A stretch of 64,000 bases of DNA, taken from contig NC_043025.1 in assembly GCF_006345805.1 (NCBI RefSeq), forward strand, positions 4,836,001-4,900,000. Direction: 5' to 3'. The notes beneath the pieces were generated by a model. It was not told the origin of the DNA, did not search any database, and saw only the letters and a list, made by a program, of their open reading frames with translations. The position numbers and the translations under genes were made by a program. Position 1 is the first letter of the stretch. Each line of letters opens with the position of its first letter. Positions 13,066 to 24,508 of the stretch are shown piece by piece. This DNA is from Octopus sinensis. Taxonomy: Eukaryota.

Positions 13066-13720
13066 GTTGTTGGCATCCCATTTGTCTCGGGAGACAATGG
13101 AGTTGCGCATAAAATAATCTAGTCCGGCTTTTACATTTCATGTCCTGATACATTTCCTGCTGTGGTTGTGTAGTCCTATCCTGGACAAACACTTCCTCTG
13201 GCAGGTGCCGCAAATGTAGCGAAGACTTTTCCTGGCTGGTTGTAATGTCATAGTTTCTTGTTGACGTCTTTTCTTGTCTTTCCATTTCTCCTCTCTCTCT
13301 GTCACTCCTTTGTATTCCCTCTTTTAAGGTACGTCGCCAATCACCACGGTTGCTGGCAATTGCTTCCCAACTGCTAATATATTGATGTTGCAGGCCTTCA
13401 TGTCCCTTTTGCAAACATCCTTGTAACGTAAGAACGGTCTACCCACAGACCTAGTACCCCTAGGAAGCTCTCCGTAGAGTATGTCCTTGGGGATTCTGCC
13501 ATCTTTCATACGGCTAACATGCCCAAGCCATCTCATACATCTTTGTGTGTGCAGTGCGAACATGCTTGGTATTCCTGCTTGCTTGAGGATATCTTTGTTG
13601 GGGATATGATTCTGCCATTTGATGCGGAGGATTTTCCGGAGGCAGCGCAGGTAAAAGATGTTTAGGCGACGCTCCTGGCTTGTGTACAGCATCCAAGTCT
13701 CACTTCCATATATAACGTTC
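13066..13720 (-). mobile_element. 5'-truncated RTE (BovB-like) LINE: ORF2 C-terminus and 3' end
   Basis: YGSETW...LRCLRKILRIKWQNHIPN...RWLGHVSRMKDGRIPKDILYGEL...GRPFLRYKDVCKRD; 3' ccattgtctc..gagac...gccaacaacaa tail. Confidence 0.92.
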
Positions 13721-14176
13721 AATGCAAAGAAACAAAAAAAAAACACACACACACACAGCACAGCGTAAAGTAGTACAGTAAATCACTCGGCAAGAAAGCT
13801 TGAAGCGAAATGGCCATGAGAGAAAGACAAGAGAAGATGCTGCGGATCTGAGCATCGGTCAAAGCACCAATCACTGGCCAAATTACAAAATAGAAAGCTG
13901 TGATTCATCGTCCCTCGCCATTACACTAATCACAGTCTGTCTTAAGTTCAAATACCCCTGTATATGCTTTTTTGCTATTTTACGCTTGTTTTGTTGTTTC
14001 TAAACGAGGAAATAATATTTATTATTAATATTGTAATGCATTTAATGAAAAATTTTAGGCATTCATATATATATATTCTGAAAACCAGCAAAGTCATGAA
14101 TCCGCGATAGTTAAACTGTGAAGTAATGAGGAATCACTGTGTGTGTATATATATATATATATATACTCTCTCTCTC

Positions 14177-14574
14177 TCTTTTACTCTTTTACTTGTTTCA
14201 GTCATTTGACTGTGGCCATGCTGGAGCACCACCTTTAGTCGAGCAAATCGACCCCGGGACTTATTCTTTTGTAAGCCCAGTACTTATTCTAGCGGTCTCT
14301 TTTGCCGAACCGTTAAGTAACGGGGACGTAAACACACCAGCATCGGTTGTCAAGCAATGCTAGGGGGACAAACGCAGACACACAAACACACACACGCACA
14401 TACATATAAATACATATATACGACGGGCTTCTTTCAGTTTCTGTCTACCAAATCCACTCAAGGCTTTGGTCAGCCCGAGGCTATAGCAGAAGACACTTGC
14501 CCAAGGTGCCACGCAGTGGGACTGAACCCGGAACCATGTGGTTGGTAAACAAGCTACTTACCACACAGCCACTC
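14177..14574 (-). mobile_element. Family A CORE-type SINE, near full length
   Basis: Same head/CORE/tail motifs as 9813-10348. Confidence 0.88.
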
Positions 14575-14673
14575 AACCAAAATGTACCAAATATTTGGTA
14601 TTTGTGGTGCGTTTTATTTTTATTTTTTGTGCTCTCTCTCCCCTTAACTTTGGAACTTGGTCACGCTAATATG

Positions 14674-15088
14674 GGATCTTTTCGGTTTGAACGGCAGTTT
14701 TTCCCAGCGGTGTCATATGAAATTGTCACCCATAATTATGACCCTAGTATCGATCTATTGCATTTCAATCTGGTTTAGGGTTAGGGTTAGGGGGAAAGGT
14801 ATCTCTTTTTCTTCACAAATGTAAATAAACCCAATCTGTTTCTTAAACGAGGGACATATTCATACGGCACAGAATGTTTTTTTTTTTTACCTCAATAGAC
14901 GTCATTGATTGGTTGAAATTGCAGAAATTGAAGAAAAACAACAACAAATATCTTACAAACCATAGAATTTTCTCAATAAAGCCAAGAGAAAAAGATGCTT
15001 TATAAACACATTCTACCAGTATACGAAGTTTAAAAGCGTTTAGTTACGTGGAAATTATTTTAAAAAACTACCGGTCAAACCGAAAAGA
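14674..15088 (+). mobile_element. GGATCTTTTCGG-family TIR element, copy 2, containing (TTAGGG)3 at 14775-14792
   Basis: High similarity to 11322-11738; flanked by a 25-bp direct repeat. Confidence 0.85.
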
Positions 15089-15654
15089 ACTTTGGAACTT
15101 GGCTACGCTAATGTGCCTTTTTTTAATGTACGTACGTGTGTATGACTGGGCATGCAGACAGATAATAAATATTCATATCTACATGTGTGTATGTGTGTGT
15201 GTACGTTCGTCTGTGAGTATCAGTTTGCTCGAGTTAAACTTTAGAACATCCCAGAACACCTCGGTAGACCCTTCACGTGACCTTTGTCACTAGTGCTTTC
15301 AGCAGTCAAGCCAACCTGTCTCTGTCCGCCTGACTTTCTTTTCCTCTGTCTATCCGTTTGTCCCTCCAATCCATCCCCCATGTTGCCATCTATCGGGTCT
15401 GCTGTGGCTGATGCTGCTTTCACGACCGACCGATTCAGCAAACGCCTAATATCAAAAGCGTTCTAGCAGTGACCATCCCTTCTTTTTATTTTATTTTATT
15501 TTATTTTAGGAGTACCTTCATCAGGAAGTATCGTTTCCGGGTGTGTTAGACCCTAGTATGTAGTTTGACAGAATTTTAGCTGTTATCTCTAGCAGGCCCA
15601 GTCAACATAATATACAGATATGAGGTACACACACACACACATCTCTCCCTCTCC

Positions 15655-15687
<33 letters not shown>

Positions 15688-15695
15688 ATACATAC

Positions 15696-15808
<113 letters not shown>

Positions 15809-16198
15809 ACGTACATGTGTATATATATATACATACATACATGTGTGTGTGTGTATAGGTTTAGGCGTGGCTGTATGGTAAGAAGCCCCACTGCCTGGGA
15901 CCTTGGGCAAGTGTCTTCTACTATGGCCTCGGGCCGACCAACGCCTTATGAGTGGATTTGGTACACGGAAACTGAAAGAAACGCGCCGCACGGGTTTATA
16001 CACACATCCATATATATTATACGCACACACACACACACACACACTATAATTGGGTACCCTGTGCAATAGAATGCCTTGGCAGACTTTCAGAAAAGGCACA
16101 GCTTAGATGAGTCGGATTTTCTCCGCTTTGGCGAGGATTTTCCTAAATTTATTTTCACCACACCCCCAACGAATGGCTGGTGGTGAAGGGAGAAGTTT

Positions 16199-16424
16199 TG
16201 AGCTGGCAGAAACCTTAGCACGATGGGCGAAATGCGTAGCCGTATTTCGTCTGCTGTTACGTTCTGGGTTCAAATTCCGCCGAGGTCGACTTTGCCTTTC
16301 ATCCTTTCGGGGTCGATAAATTAAGTACCAGTTACGCACTGGGATCGATGTGATCGACTTAATACCTATGTCTGTCCTTGTTTGTCCCCTCTGTGTTTAG
16401 CCCCTTGTGGGTAGTAAAGAAATA
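16199..16424 (+). mobile_element. Family B tRNA-derived SINE monomer
   Basis: gagctggcagaaac...gttcaaattccgccgaggtcgactttgcctttcatcctttcggggtcgataaa...gtaaagaaata. Confidence 0.85.
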
Positions 16425-16742
16425 TATATAAAAAAAAATCTTTGGAAATTTATGAATTCTTTAATCCCTCCCACTCCACCATTCTACCGATTTTAGCCAA
16501 TGTTATTTTGCTCTAAAAGTGAAGGGAGAAGCCCTGAAGGTTAAAAATAAAGGTAAAAAATTTTACCAAAACGATATTGGCAATTGGCGATGACCATTAC
16601 AATTCCCACTTTCGTTCTTTTCAAACAGAAAATGAAACATTTCGTTTTGGGATTTGGTTTGCAAAATTCTTGCGTTGAAGCATATTCTGTTGTGCCTGGG
16701 GAGAGTGATTTTCTTTTTATGCCTTATAATTTAACACACCCA

Positions 16743-17130
16743 TACTCTTTTACTCTCTTTTACTTGTTTCAGTCATTTGACTGCGGCCATGCTGGAGCAC
16801 CGCCTTTAGTCGAGCAAATCGACCCCGGGACTTATTCTTTGTAAGCCAAGTACTTATTCTATCGGTCTCTTTTGCCGAACCGCTAAGTGATGGGGACGTA
16901 AACACACCAGCATCGGTTGTCAAGCAATGCTAGGGGGACAAACACAGACACACACACTTATATATATATACATATATACGACAGGCTTCTTTCAGTTTCC
17001 GTCTACCAAATCCACTCACAAGGCATTGGTCGGCCCGGGGCTATAGCAGAAAACACTTGCCCAAGATGCCACGCAGTGGGACTGAACCCGGAACCATATG
17101 GTTGGTTAGCAAGCTACTTACCACACAGCC
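16743..17130 (-). mobile_element. Family A CORE-type SINE
   Basis: Same motifs as other family A copies. Confidence 0.88.
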
Positions 17131-17339
17131 AAAATTTCCACATTTCTTTTTTATTTTCCTAGAGTAAAAACTATCGAAAAGGTTGCAAGACGCAACGAAA
17201 ATTTTAGGACAATGAAAATAAGAAATAAGTGGAAATTTTACCGGTGAGTGAGTTAAATAATAAGACACAACAGAAAATGAAACGCAATTTAAAAGCAATA
17301 ACAAAATTTTTTTAATGTTTTTTTATTAACCACCCTTTT

Positions 17340-18103
17340 GGATCTTTTGGCGTCTAGCGACGGACTTGGTAAACACCCACAAGGTTATCAACCACCTCAC
17401 CAACAACAACACTGAACACCTTTTTGATCTCCATGTGTCTAACACACGTGGACATGCCTACAAAGTCAGAAAACAACACAGCTCCCATGACTTTCGGAAA
17501 CATTTTTTCACGCTCAGAGTTGCTGAAGCATGGAATAAACTGCCTGCGTCAGTTGTTGACTGCCATGACACTGCATCCTTTAAGGCCCTCATGCTTCCCG
17601 AAATCCGTCGAAACTATACCTGATTATATATACACTTTAGATGAGTTGTAGTGCACCTGAGCACTATACACAATTATTATTATTATTATTATTATTATTG
17701 AACGGCAGTTTTTAAAAATAATTTCCACGTAGCTAAACACTTTTAAACTTCGTAAACTGGTAGAATGTGTTTATAAAACATCTTTTTCTCTTGACTTTAT
17801 TGAAAAAATTCTATAGTTTGTAAGATATTTGTTGTTTTTTTTCTTCAATTTCTGCGATTTCAACCAATCAATGACGTCCCTTGAGGTAAAAAAAAACATC
17901 CTGTGCCGTATGAATACGTCCCTCGTTTAAGAAACAGATTGGGTTTATTTACATTTGTGAAGAAAAAGAGATACCTTTCCCCCACCTCTAACCCTAACCC
18001 TAAAACAGATTGAAATGCAATAGATCGATACTAGGGTCATAATTATGGGTGACAATTTCATATGACACTGCTAGAAAAAACTGCTGTTCAAACAGAAAGA
18101 TCC
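17340..18103 (-). mobile_element. GGATCTTTTCGG-family TIR element, copy 3, with one TIR split by a LINE insertion
   Basis: ggatctttt at 17340 continues as ttgaacggcagttttt at ~17698; body is the reverse complement of 11322-11738. Confidence 0.75.
17350..17699 (+). mobile_element. 5'-truncated CR1/L2-type LINE 3' end
   Basis: HKVINHL...NTRGHAYKVRKQHSSHDFRKHFFTLRVAEAWNKLPASVV (CR1-type ORF2 C-terminus), then short UTR and (TTA)n tail. Confidence 0.85.
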
Positions 18104-18357
18104 ACTATCCCTCTCCATAAGTCTTAAAATCTCGGCTTTTATTCAAATTTTTAAAAGTTTAAGATGTATACAGTCTGTATCTGCAGACTGTACATATTTC
18201 TGTCTATAATTTCAAACGAAAAAGTGTGTGCTTTAAAGGAGCTGTTGTTTTTAGCACATCTCACGACCAGCTAGTACCTTCCCCGTTTCTTTGTCACTCT
18301 GACATGTATTGGATGTCTTTCAATGATTTTCGCCCCATAAACACATTTTAATTGGCA

Positions 18358-18772
18358 ATCTTTCGTCTCTAGTAGACCTTTCCGTCGATTTCCGTAAAAA
18401 AATTTTTTTTTTTACATATGGGCTTGTGGGAACTTTTGAAGTAATGAGAGCGAAAGAGTCTAAGAGAAAGCGATTGTATGACGAGGGAAGTTCTTTTGAA
18501 GTTACCGTGCATGTGAAGCATTGATGTACATGTGTGTGTGTGTGTGTGTTTGATGGGTGTGGGAGACAGACAGTATGTTGTGTAAGTGAAGTGCTTCTGT
18601 TAGTGTGTGTGAAGAGACAGAGTAATGTGTGAAAGAAAGAGATAACTGGAATTTTTTACTCGGTGTATGTGTATATGTATGTATATTACTTCAAAAGTTC
18701 CCGCAAGCCCATATGTAAAAAGAAAAAGTTTTTTTACGGAAATCGACGGAAGGTCTACTAGAGACGAAAGAT
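18358..18772. repeat. ~88-bp inverted repeat pair (18358-18445 / 18685-18772), probable MITE remnant
   Basis: atctttcgtctctagtagacctt...ttttgaagtaat vs attacttcaaaag...tagagacgaaagat. Confidence 0.8.
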
Positions 18773-18902
18773 CGCCTTTTAATGGATTGATCATGCAGTG
18801 GTCCAACGCTGGGATTGAAGCAACAGCAAAATAAATTGTGTTTTTTTAAAAAATCAAGCGAGTTCGTGTGTGTGTGTGTGTGCGTAAAAAAAGCACATGC
18901 TC

Positions 18903-19323
18903 TGGTCATACTGGAGCACCACCTTAAAGGGATTTAGTCGAACAAATTGACCCCAGGACTTATTCTTTATAAGCCTACCACTTATTCTATCGGCCTCTTT
19001 TGCTGAACCGCTAAGTTACGGGGACGTAAACACACCAGCATCGGTTGTCAGGCTATGGGGATGAACAAACGCAGACACACACACACATAGACGCATATAC
19101 ATATATATACGACGGGCTTCTTTCAGTTTCCGTCTACCAAATCCACCCAGAAGGCTTTGATCGGCCCAAAGCTATAGTAGAAGACACTTGCCCAAGGTTC
19201 CACGCAGTGGGACTGAACCCGGAGCCATGTAGTGGGGAAATAAGCTTCTTATTTCTTTATTGCCCACAAGAAGCTAAACATAGAAGGGACAAACAAGGAC
19301 AGACAAAGGGACGAAGTCGATTA
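18903..19323 (-). mobile_element. Family A SINE (18903-~19235) plus family B SINE fragment (~19250-19323) that served as the LTR-element target
   Basis: The family B fragment ends gaagtcgatta and resumes at 25319 with attacatcgatcccc. Confidence 0.85.
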
Positions 19324-20138
19324 TGTAAGAAATAGGATCACGCTTGGTCGTATCGTTTAGGAAAATACGATTACACGCGGTTCTATTCTCAACGAATTAT
19401 TCAAAAACCATAAACTACATATAACGACGATAGGACATAAGTGAATGGATACAAGTCTTCTGTTGGTAGATAAATATTATTTATTTTGCATATTTTACAA
19501 TCATGTGGATTCTAAGAGTTCGTAAGCGTAAGCCCGTTTTGTTTTGGTGTGTTCGGGTGGCGTGAAGCATACCCAAAGGCACTGAACATAGGATTAACAA
19601 TGGCATTTAGTTTACTGTTCATAGGGCAAGATGCTGGAATCTACTTGAGAGGCTTTCAGTAGTTGTATAGATTAGTGTAGCAACGGCAGTAGCAGAGACA
19701 ATCGCATATCTCTAGTTGAGCAGCAGGGGTCTAAGTTAGCTCTTAAAAGAACTGGAAACCAAGACGCAAGTGCCTGTGAAATCCTGCTTTTATACTGTTC
19801 GGTTGGCTCACCGAACCTCAGAAAATGGAATTTTAACCGAAAGTCTTGATTGGCTGATTCGCAATTATGGCGCAAAATAAGTCGAGACAATTCGCGTCAC
19901 GTGCCAATCAGTGGCGGACTTAGGAGGGAACCTCGTGTCACATGTTGCCCAGTGGCGCGAAACACGTAGAGACCACTCGTGTCCTGTCAGCCAATCAAAT
20001 TAGTGTTTAGCACAAGAACAGGTTGACCAAAGATGGTTGTAACCTCAAACGAGATCATTCCTGCCTCGCCTTTCACACAGTGAAGATATTAGCAATCGCT
20101 ATAGTCATTTTTCACCCTTGCTGAACTGCCACGCTACA
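19324..20138 (-). repeat. 3' LTR (815 bp)
   Basis: tgtaagaaatagg...gccacgctaca; differs from the other LTR only in a short cluster of about five 1-bp indels. Confidence 0.97.
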
Positions 20139-20152
20139 TCAGCCTCTCACCA
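20139..20152 (-). promoter_or_regulatory. Putative polypurine tract
   Basis: Minus strand GGTGAGAGGCTGA immediately 5' of the 3' LTR; only moderately purine-rich. Confidence 0.45.
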
Positions 20153-20519
20153 GAAAAATTGTTACAATTTTGCGAACGAAATTAGCTATACATATGTATT
20201 TTCTTTTTTTTTATATATATATACAAATGCATTTACAAGGTTAAAACATGAATTTAGTCTTTCCGTTCACATTTCACCGCAAAAAAAATGTTTTTTTTTT
20301 TTTTTTTTTTTTTTTTTTTGTGAAATAATCCATGAATATAAATCAAATGTCTTTTTTTATTTAAAAAAAAAATTTTTTTTTTTTTTTTTTATATATATAT
20401 CCTCAAACAAACTGAAAAAATTTTTTGGGGAAGTGTACAGTTCTACCACTTATAGTTTTTTTTACATTCGTAGGTGGTTTAGAATTGATTCGCTTTTCCC
20501 TCAACATCGGATTGTTGTT

Positions 20520-21700
20520 TTCTATATGTTTTTTTGTTTCACGTTGTGTTGATGTGTCTTGCTCATATCTCTGGGTTTCATGACATGGATAATGGTCGAA
20601 ATAAGCTTTTTTACTCTGTCAACACTGACAATTTCTTTCTTCCCATTCATCTCAAAGTCATAGTTTGTCTGTAACTGATAAGACTTTAAAAGGTCCGGTG
20701 TATTTATATTCAGCGAATTATGAGCTGCATCGTGCGGACATACACATGTGTCCAAGATTTTATCCGAGGAAGAAAACTTTTAACATTTCGCAATTTTCTT
20801 GTACAAGAAGGAATATCCGTAAGAAATCTTTTTAGACGAGTTACATAGTCATTAACATCTCCGTTTGAAAATTAGTTTCTTCGAACATTTGAGCAGGTAA
20901 AGTTAACGTTGTTCCGTACAAAAGTTCAGCGGAGAATACTGTATAGTTTCTTTAACCGTACTCTAATTCCCAACAATACCATGGCAGAGCCTCTGCCAAT
21001 CGTTAGAATTAGAATAAGTTCTTAATGAAGCTTTCAACTGTCTATGGAACCTTTCTACCATTCCGTTAGATTGTGGGTGATATGAAGTTGTACGAATTCT
21101 ATTAATTCCCAAACATTTATGAATTCTGCAAATAAAGCTAGACTCAAATTGTCTATCACGATCTGTTGTCACTGTATTTGGGATGCCGAATCTAGACATC
21201 CAATTGGTAAACAAAGTTTTTGCTACAGTCACTGCAGATACATCCTTTATCGGATAAGCTTCGGGCCACCTGGAAAAACGGTCCACACACGTCAACAAAT
21301 ACATATTATCCTCGCACGGAGGCAAAGGTCCCACTATATCGATGTGGATATGTTGGAATCTCGCATCCGGATTTGCAAATGTGCCTAATGGTGCCTTGAT
21401 GTGCCGCTGTACTTTAGATTTCTGACATTGCACACATGCTTTGACCCATGAACGAATATCCTTATTCATACCCGGCCAAACAAAACGGTTTGATATTAAC
21501 TTCAACGAAGCTTCTATACCTGGATGAGATAAATTATGCAGCTAGAAAAAAATTTTTTCTATGCTTTTCAGGCACAAATGGTCTTGAAAACCCTGTAGAA
21601 ATATCACACCAAATATGTGAATTACTATGCATGTCCGCAAACATTTTAAATTTTAAAGCAGTTGAATCGGAATTTTTATATGAAGAAAACTCTTTATCTG
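20520..21700 (-). CDS. Integrase region of pol (broken by indels)
   Basis: H..SHPG...ISNRFVWPGM...CVQC zinc domain; HIDIVGPL / TTDRDRQF / GMVERFHRQLK DDE triad; C-terminal VSVDRVK. Confidence 0.92.
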
Positions 21701-22245
21701 CAGTGATCTTTAGACATCTCTTCCAAATTTATTGTGCTTAATGAGCTCAATCGTCTACATTCATTCGAGAAGGTGCATCTGCTGCTATATTTTTTTCCCC
21801 CTTGATAAAAACGTATATCCACAGTAACTGTGAATAAAATCAAGGTGTCTAATTTCTCTAGGAGAAATTTTTCCGAAGAATTTTTCAATGCATATGGTTA
21901 ACGGTTATGGGCAGTGAATAAGTGAATGACCTACCTTCAAGAAGATGTCTGAAATGTTGATTGACAAATAAGCTGCCAACAATTCTCTGCGAACACACTG
22001 TACTTAGTTCTGGTGCCTTGAATTGTTTTGAAAAAATGCCAATGGTTGCCAGGAATTACAATGAAATGCTGAGAACCCCACCGATCCCCACATCGGAAGC
22101 ATCAACCATCAATGTGATAATTTTGCTTCAAGGACCTGGTGGTTTAAAAGCGTTGCTTACACCGTTTCTCTTTGATTTTAAAAGCTTGTAATTCCTTTCT
22201 TGTAAGGTTATGGCTTCATTTTTTTTCTTTCTATTTTTCAATAGC
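21700..22245 (-). CDS. RNase H region of pol (many indels)
   Basis: Minus-strand fragments LMVDASDVGIGGVL, WQPLAFFSK, ELLAAYL, HFRHLLEGRSF. Confidence 0.82.
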
Positions 22246-23229
22246 TCAGTTAAGGGATAGGGTTTCCGTAACTTTAGGAATGAACTTTCTGTAAAAATTG
22301 ACGATCCCTAAAAATCCTCTGAGTTTCTTTAAATTATTTGGTACTGGGAAGTTTTTTATTGCTTCCACTTTCTCTGGTAATGGGCGAATTCCATCTTTAT
22401 CGATAAGATGACCCAAAAAGGATATGGTCGTTTCACCAAAAACACATTTCGATGGGTTTATCACAATTCCAAATTTTGTTAATCGTTCGAAGATTTCTTT
22501 TAAATGCTCTTCATGCGTTTCTTCCGATGGACTAGCGATGAGAATATCGTCTATATAAGCAAACACGAAAGGTAAATTTCGTGTCACTTCATCCATAAAC
22601 CTTTGAAAAGTATTTGCCGCATTCCTCAATCCGAAGGGCATGCGAAGAAATTCAAACAAACCAAATGGGGTGGTAATGGCTGTCTTTGGTATATCGTTTT
22701 CTGCCACAGGAATTTGGTTGTACGCCCTGACTAAATCTATCTTTGAAAAAATGGTACAACCACTCAAAGAAGTCGCAAAATCCATTATGTGGGGTATTGG
22801 ATATTTGTCAGGCTTTGTTTTCGCATTCAGTTGTCTAAAATCACCACAAGGTCGCCAGTCGATGAGGTTCTTCTTTACCATTACTAATGGTGTTGACCAG
22901 CTACTACTAGAAGGACGGATTATACCCAGGTCCATCATATGGCGAAACTCCGCCTTAGCCACCTTCAATTTCTCCGGCGATAATCTCCTCGGCTTAGAAA
23001 AACTCGGTGGTCCTTGTGTGATGATGTGATGTGTCACCGAATGCGTACACGTGGTATTCAGAGCTAACTGCTTCGTTATTTGTGGATAGTTTTCCAAAAT
23101 TTTGTGGTACTTATTTTCTGTGGACGCTATGAAATATAGTGGACTGATTGTTGTCCTTCTGCATCTCATTCCCTGAATTTTTAGGGAAGTTTGTGTATCT
23201 ATTAACTTTTGTTTGTTCACATCTACCAT
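22246..23229 (-). CDS. Reverse transcriptase of pol
   Basis: [64 protein letters not shown]. Confidence 0.97.
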   Translation of the reverse strand: MVDVNKQKLIDTQTSLKIQGMRCRRTTISPLYFIASTENKYHKILENYPQITKQLALNTTCTHSVTHHIITQGPPSFSKPRRLSPEKLKVAKAEFRHMMDLGIIRPSSSSWSTPLVMVKKNLIDWRPCGDFRQLNAKTKPDKYPIPHIMDFATSLSGCTIFSKIDLVRAYNQIPVAENDIPKTAITTPFGLFEFLRMPFGLRNAANTFQRFMDEVTRNLPFVFAYIDDILIASPSEETHEEHLKEIFERLTKFGIVINPSKCVFGETTISFLGHLIDKDGIRPLPEKVEAIKNFPVPNNLKKLRGFLGIVNFYRKFIPKVTETLSLN

Positions 23230-23550
23230 TAAATGGTAGTGCGCAAAAAATCCGCTCTAATATTGGATATGGTAAACTGCTACTATGAATACCCTTGTAT
23301 TTCTCTCGCAATTTACGTCGAGCGTTAGCTGATCTCTCCAAACGTTTGAATTTCAGACTGATTCACCGCTTGAAGAGTCATATACACGGTTTTCGTCTTC
23401 TGTTTTAAGAGCCTTACGGCCATATCGAACACGCTGCTCCGTATCCACGAGAAATTTCTTTGATTTTAAGTCGTATACGAAAAACACGCGACTTCTTACA
23501 AAGCTATCCACAGACTTCGTCGCATCCAATCTATGGTTTAGAAGTTTCCC
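23230..23550 (-). CDS. Aspartic protease region of pol, entered by a -1 frameshift
   Basis: [18 protein letters not shown](G)AACSIWP with the Asp codon at 23443-23445; the Gly codon lacks one base. Confidence 0.85.
23486..23550 (-). promoter_or_regulatory. -1 programmed ribosomal frameshift signal (slippery heptamer plus pseudoknot)
   Basis: G GGA AAC at 23550-23544 in the gag frame, 7-nt spacer, predicted 9-bp and 7-bp interlocked stems; pol is in the -1 frame. Confidence 0.8.
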
Positions 23551-24372
23551 GAATTTCCTTTTTTTTTAGCGAGGAAATCGAACGCACAGGGTTTGATGCA
23601 CTTAAAGGAATTCTCTCCGAATTTTGCGTGATACCAGCATATGGCGTTTCTGTTCACGCTAGGGCTCTTCGATCTCCTACGCCACTTTGTGTTATTTCTC
23701 CGATCGGCTCGGTTGTTCCTCTCCAGTTGTAAGCTCTCAATTTTTTTTTGTCAAAGCTTCGAACTGTAGCTCGTAACATTTCTTCAATTCTTGAATCTCA
23801 CTTGAAATTGAAGGAATTGCACTAATAGACTCCTTGGACGATAACTCCAAAATACCGTCCGCTAGGTCCGCCAACTGTTGGATTGAGTTCTGGTTTTTTA
23901 CTGCCGAGAGCAAGGTTTGTGTTTTATGCGGCAGTTTGTTGAAAAATACCTCTTTGAGGTACGATTCCTCTATTTGCTGGTTCCCCAGCAGCTCAGTCAT
24001 TCTCCTTAACAGTTGCGTGGGTTTTCTATTACCCAGCTCTTCACCGTTAAACAATTTCGCGAATTCCTTTTGCTTGGAAGTAGACGTGCGCTTCAATATT
24101 TCTTCCTTAATCGAAGAATACGTCACCGGTTCCATAGGGTTCAGTAACAGATCCCTGATTTCATTGCCTAGCGGTGGCGGCAAGTTACTAAGCATGATGT
24201 CGTACTTCTGTTCTTCGTTCACTACTCTGTTGGTTCTGAAAGCTGCCTCTAGTTGCGTTAACCACATCAGGGTATCACCAGTCCAGGGGGGGCTACTCAT
24301 GACATTGACAGAAGCTTGTGTGTAACTTCTATCGAAGTACGATGCTCCACATTCTTTTTGTTCCTGCTCCAT
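23538..24372 (-). CDS. gag: Gag with CHCC zinc knuckle; one extra A in the homopolymer at 23741-23749
   Basis: PPWTGDTLMWLTQLEAAF...LGNRKPTQLLRRMTELLG; after correcting the A run it continues ...CWYHAKFGENSFKCIKPC...GNSGNF*. Confidence 0.9.
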
Positions 24373-24498
24373 TATTTTTGTGGATATGTATTTTGTTTTT
24401 GTTTTTTCAAAAAATATTCCTTTTTCAGCTTCTTCTGTGTCAATACTTCCGTACTTATGTTTATTATTGGCTGCGAGGTATATGCGAATGGCTGCGTA

Positions 24499-24507
24499 GG
24501 GTCACCA
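24499..24507 (-). promoter_or_regulatory. Primer binding site complementary to the tRNA-Trp 3' end
   Basis: TGGTGACCC, one nt after the 5' LTR; matches the ...GGGUCACCA end of eukaryotic tRNA-Trp. Confidence 0.8.
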
Positions 24508-24508
24508 G

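Noticed and set aside
14775-14792. (TTAGGG)3 as a telomere or chromosome-fusion scar
   Set aside because: It is an internal part of a dispersed TIR element and recurs in its other copies
15241-15466. GC-richer unique segment with 60-66 aa ORFs
   Set aside because: No recognisable domain, convincing splice sites or termini; it cannot be called an exon or solo LTR from sequence alone
22640-24325. Plus-strand ORFs (129 aa at 22640-23029, 163 aa at 23834-24325) overlapping RT and gag
   Set aside because: Antisense shadow frames of real coding sequence, with no motif support
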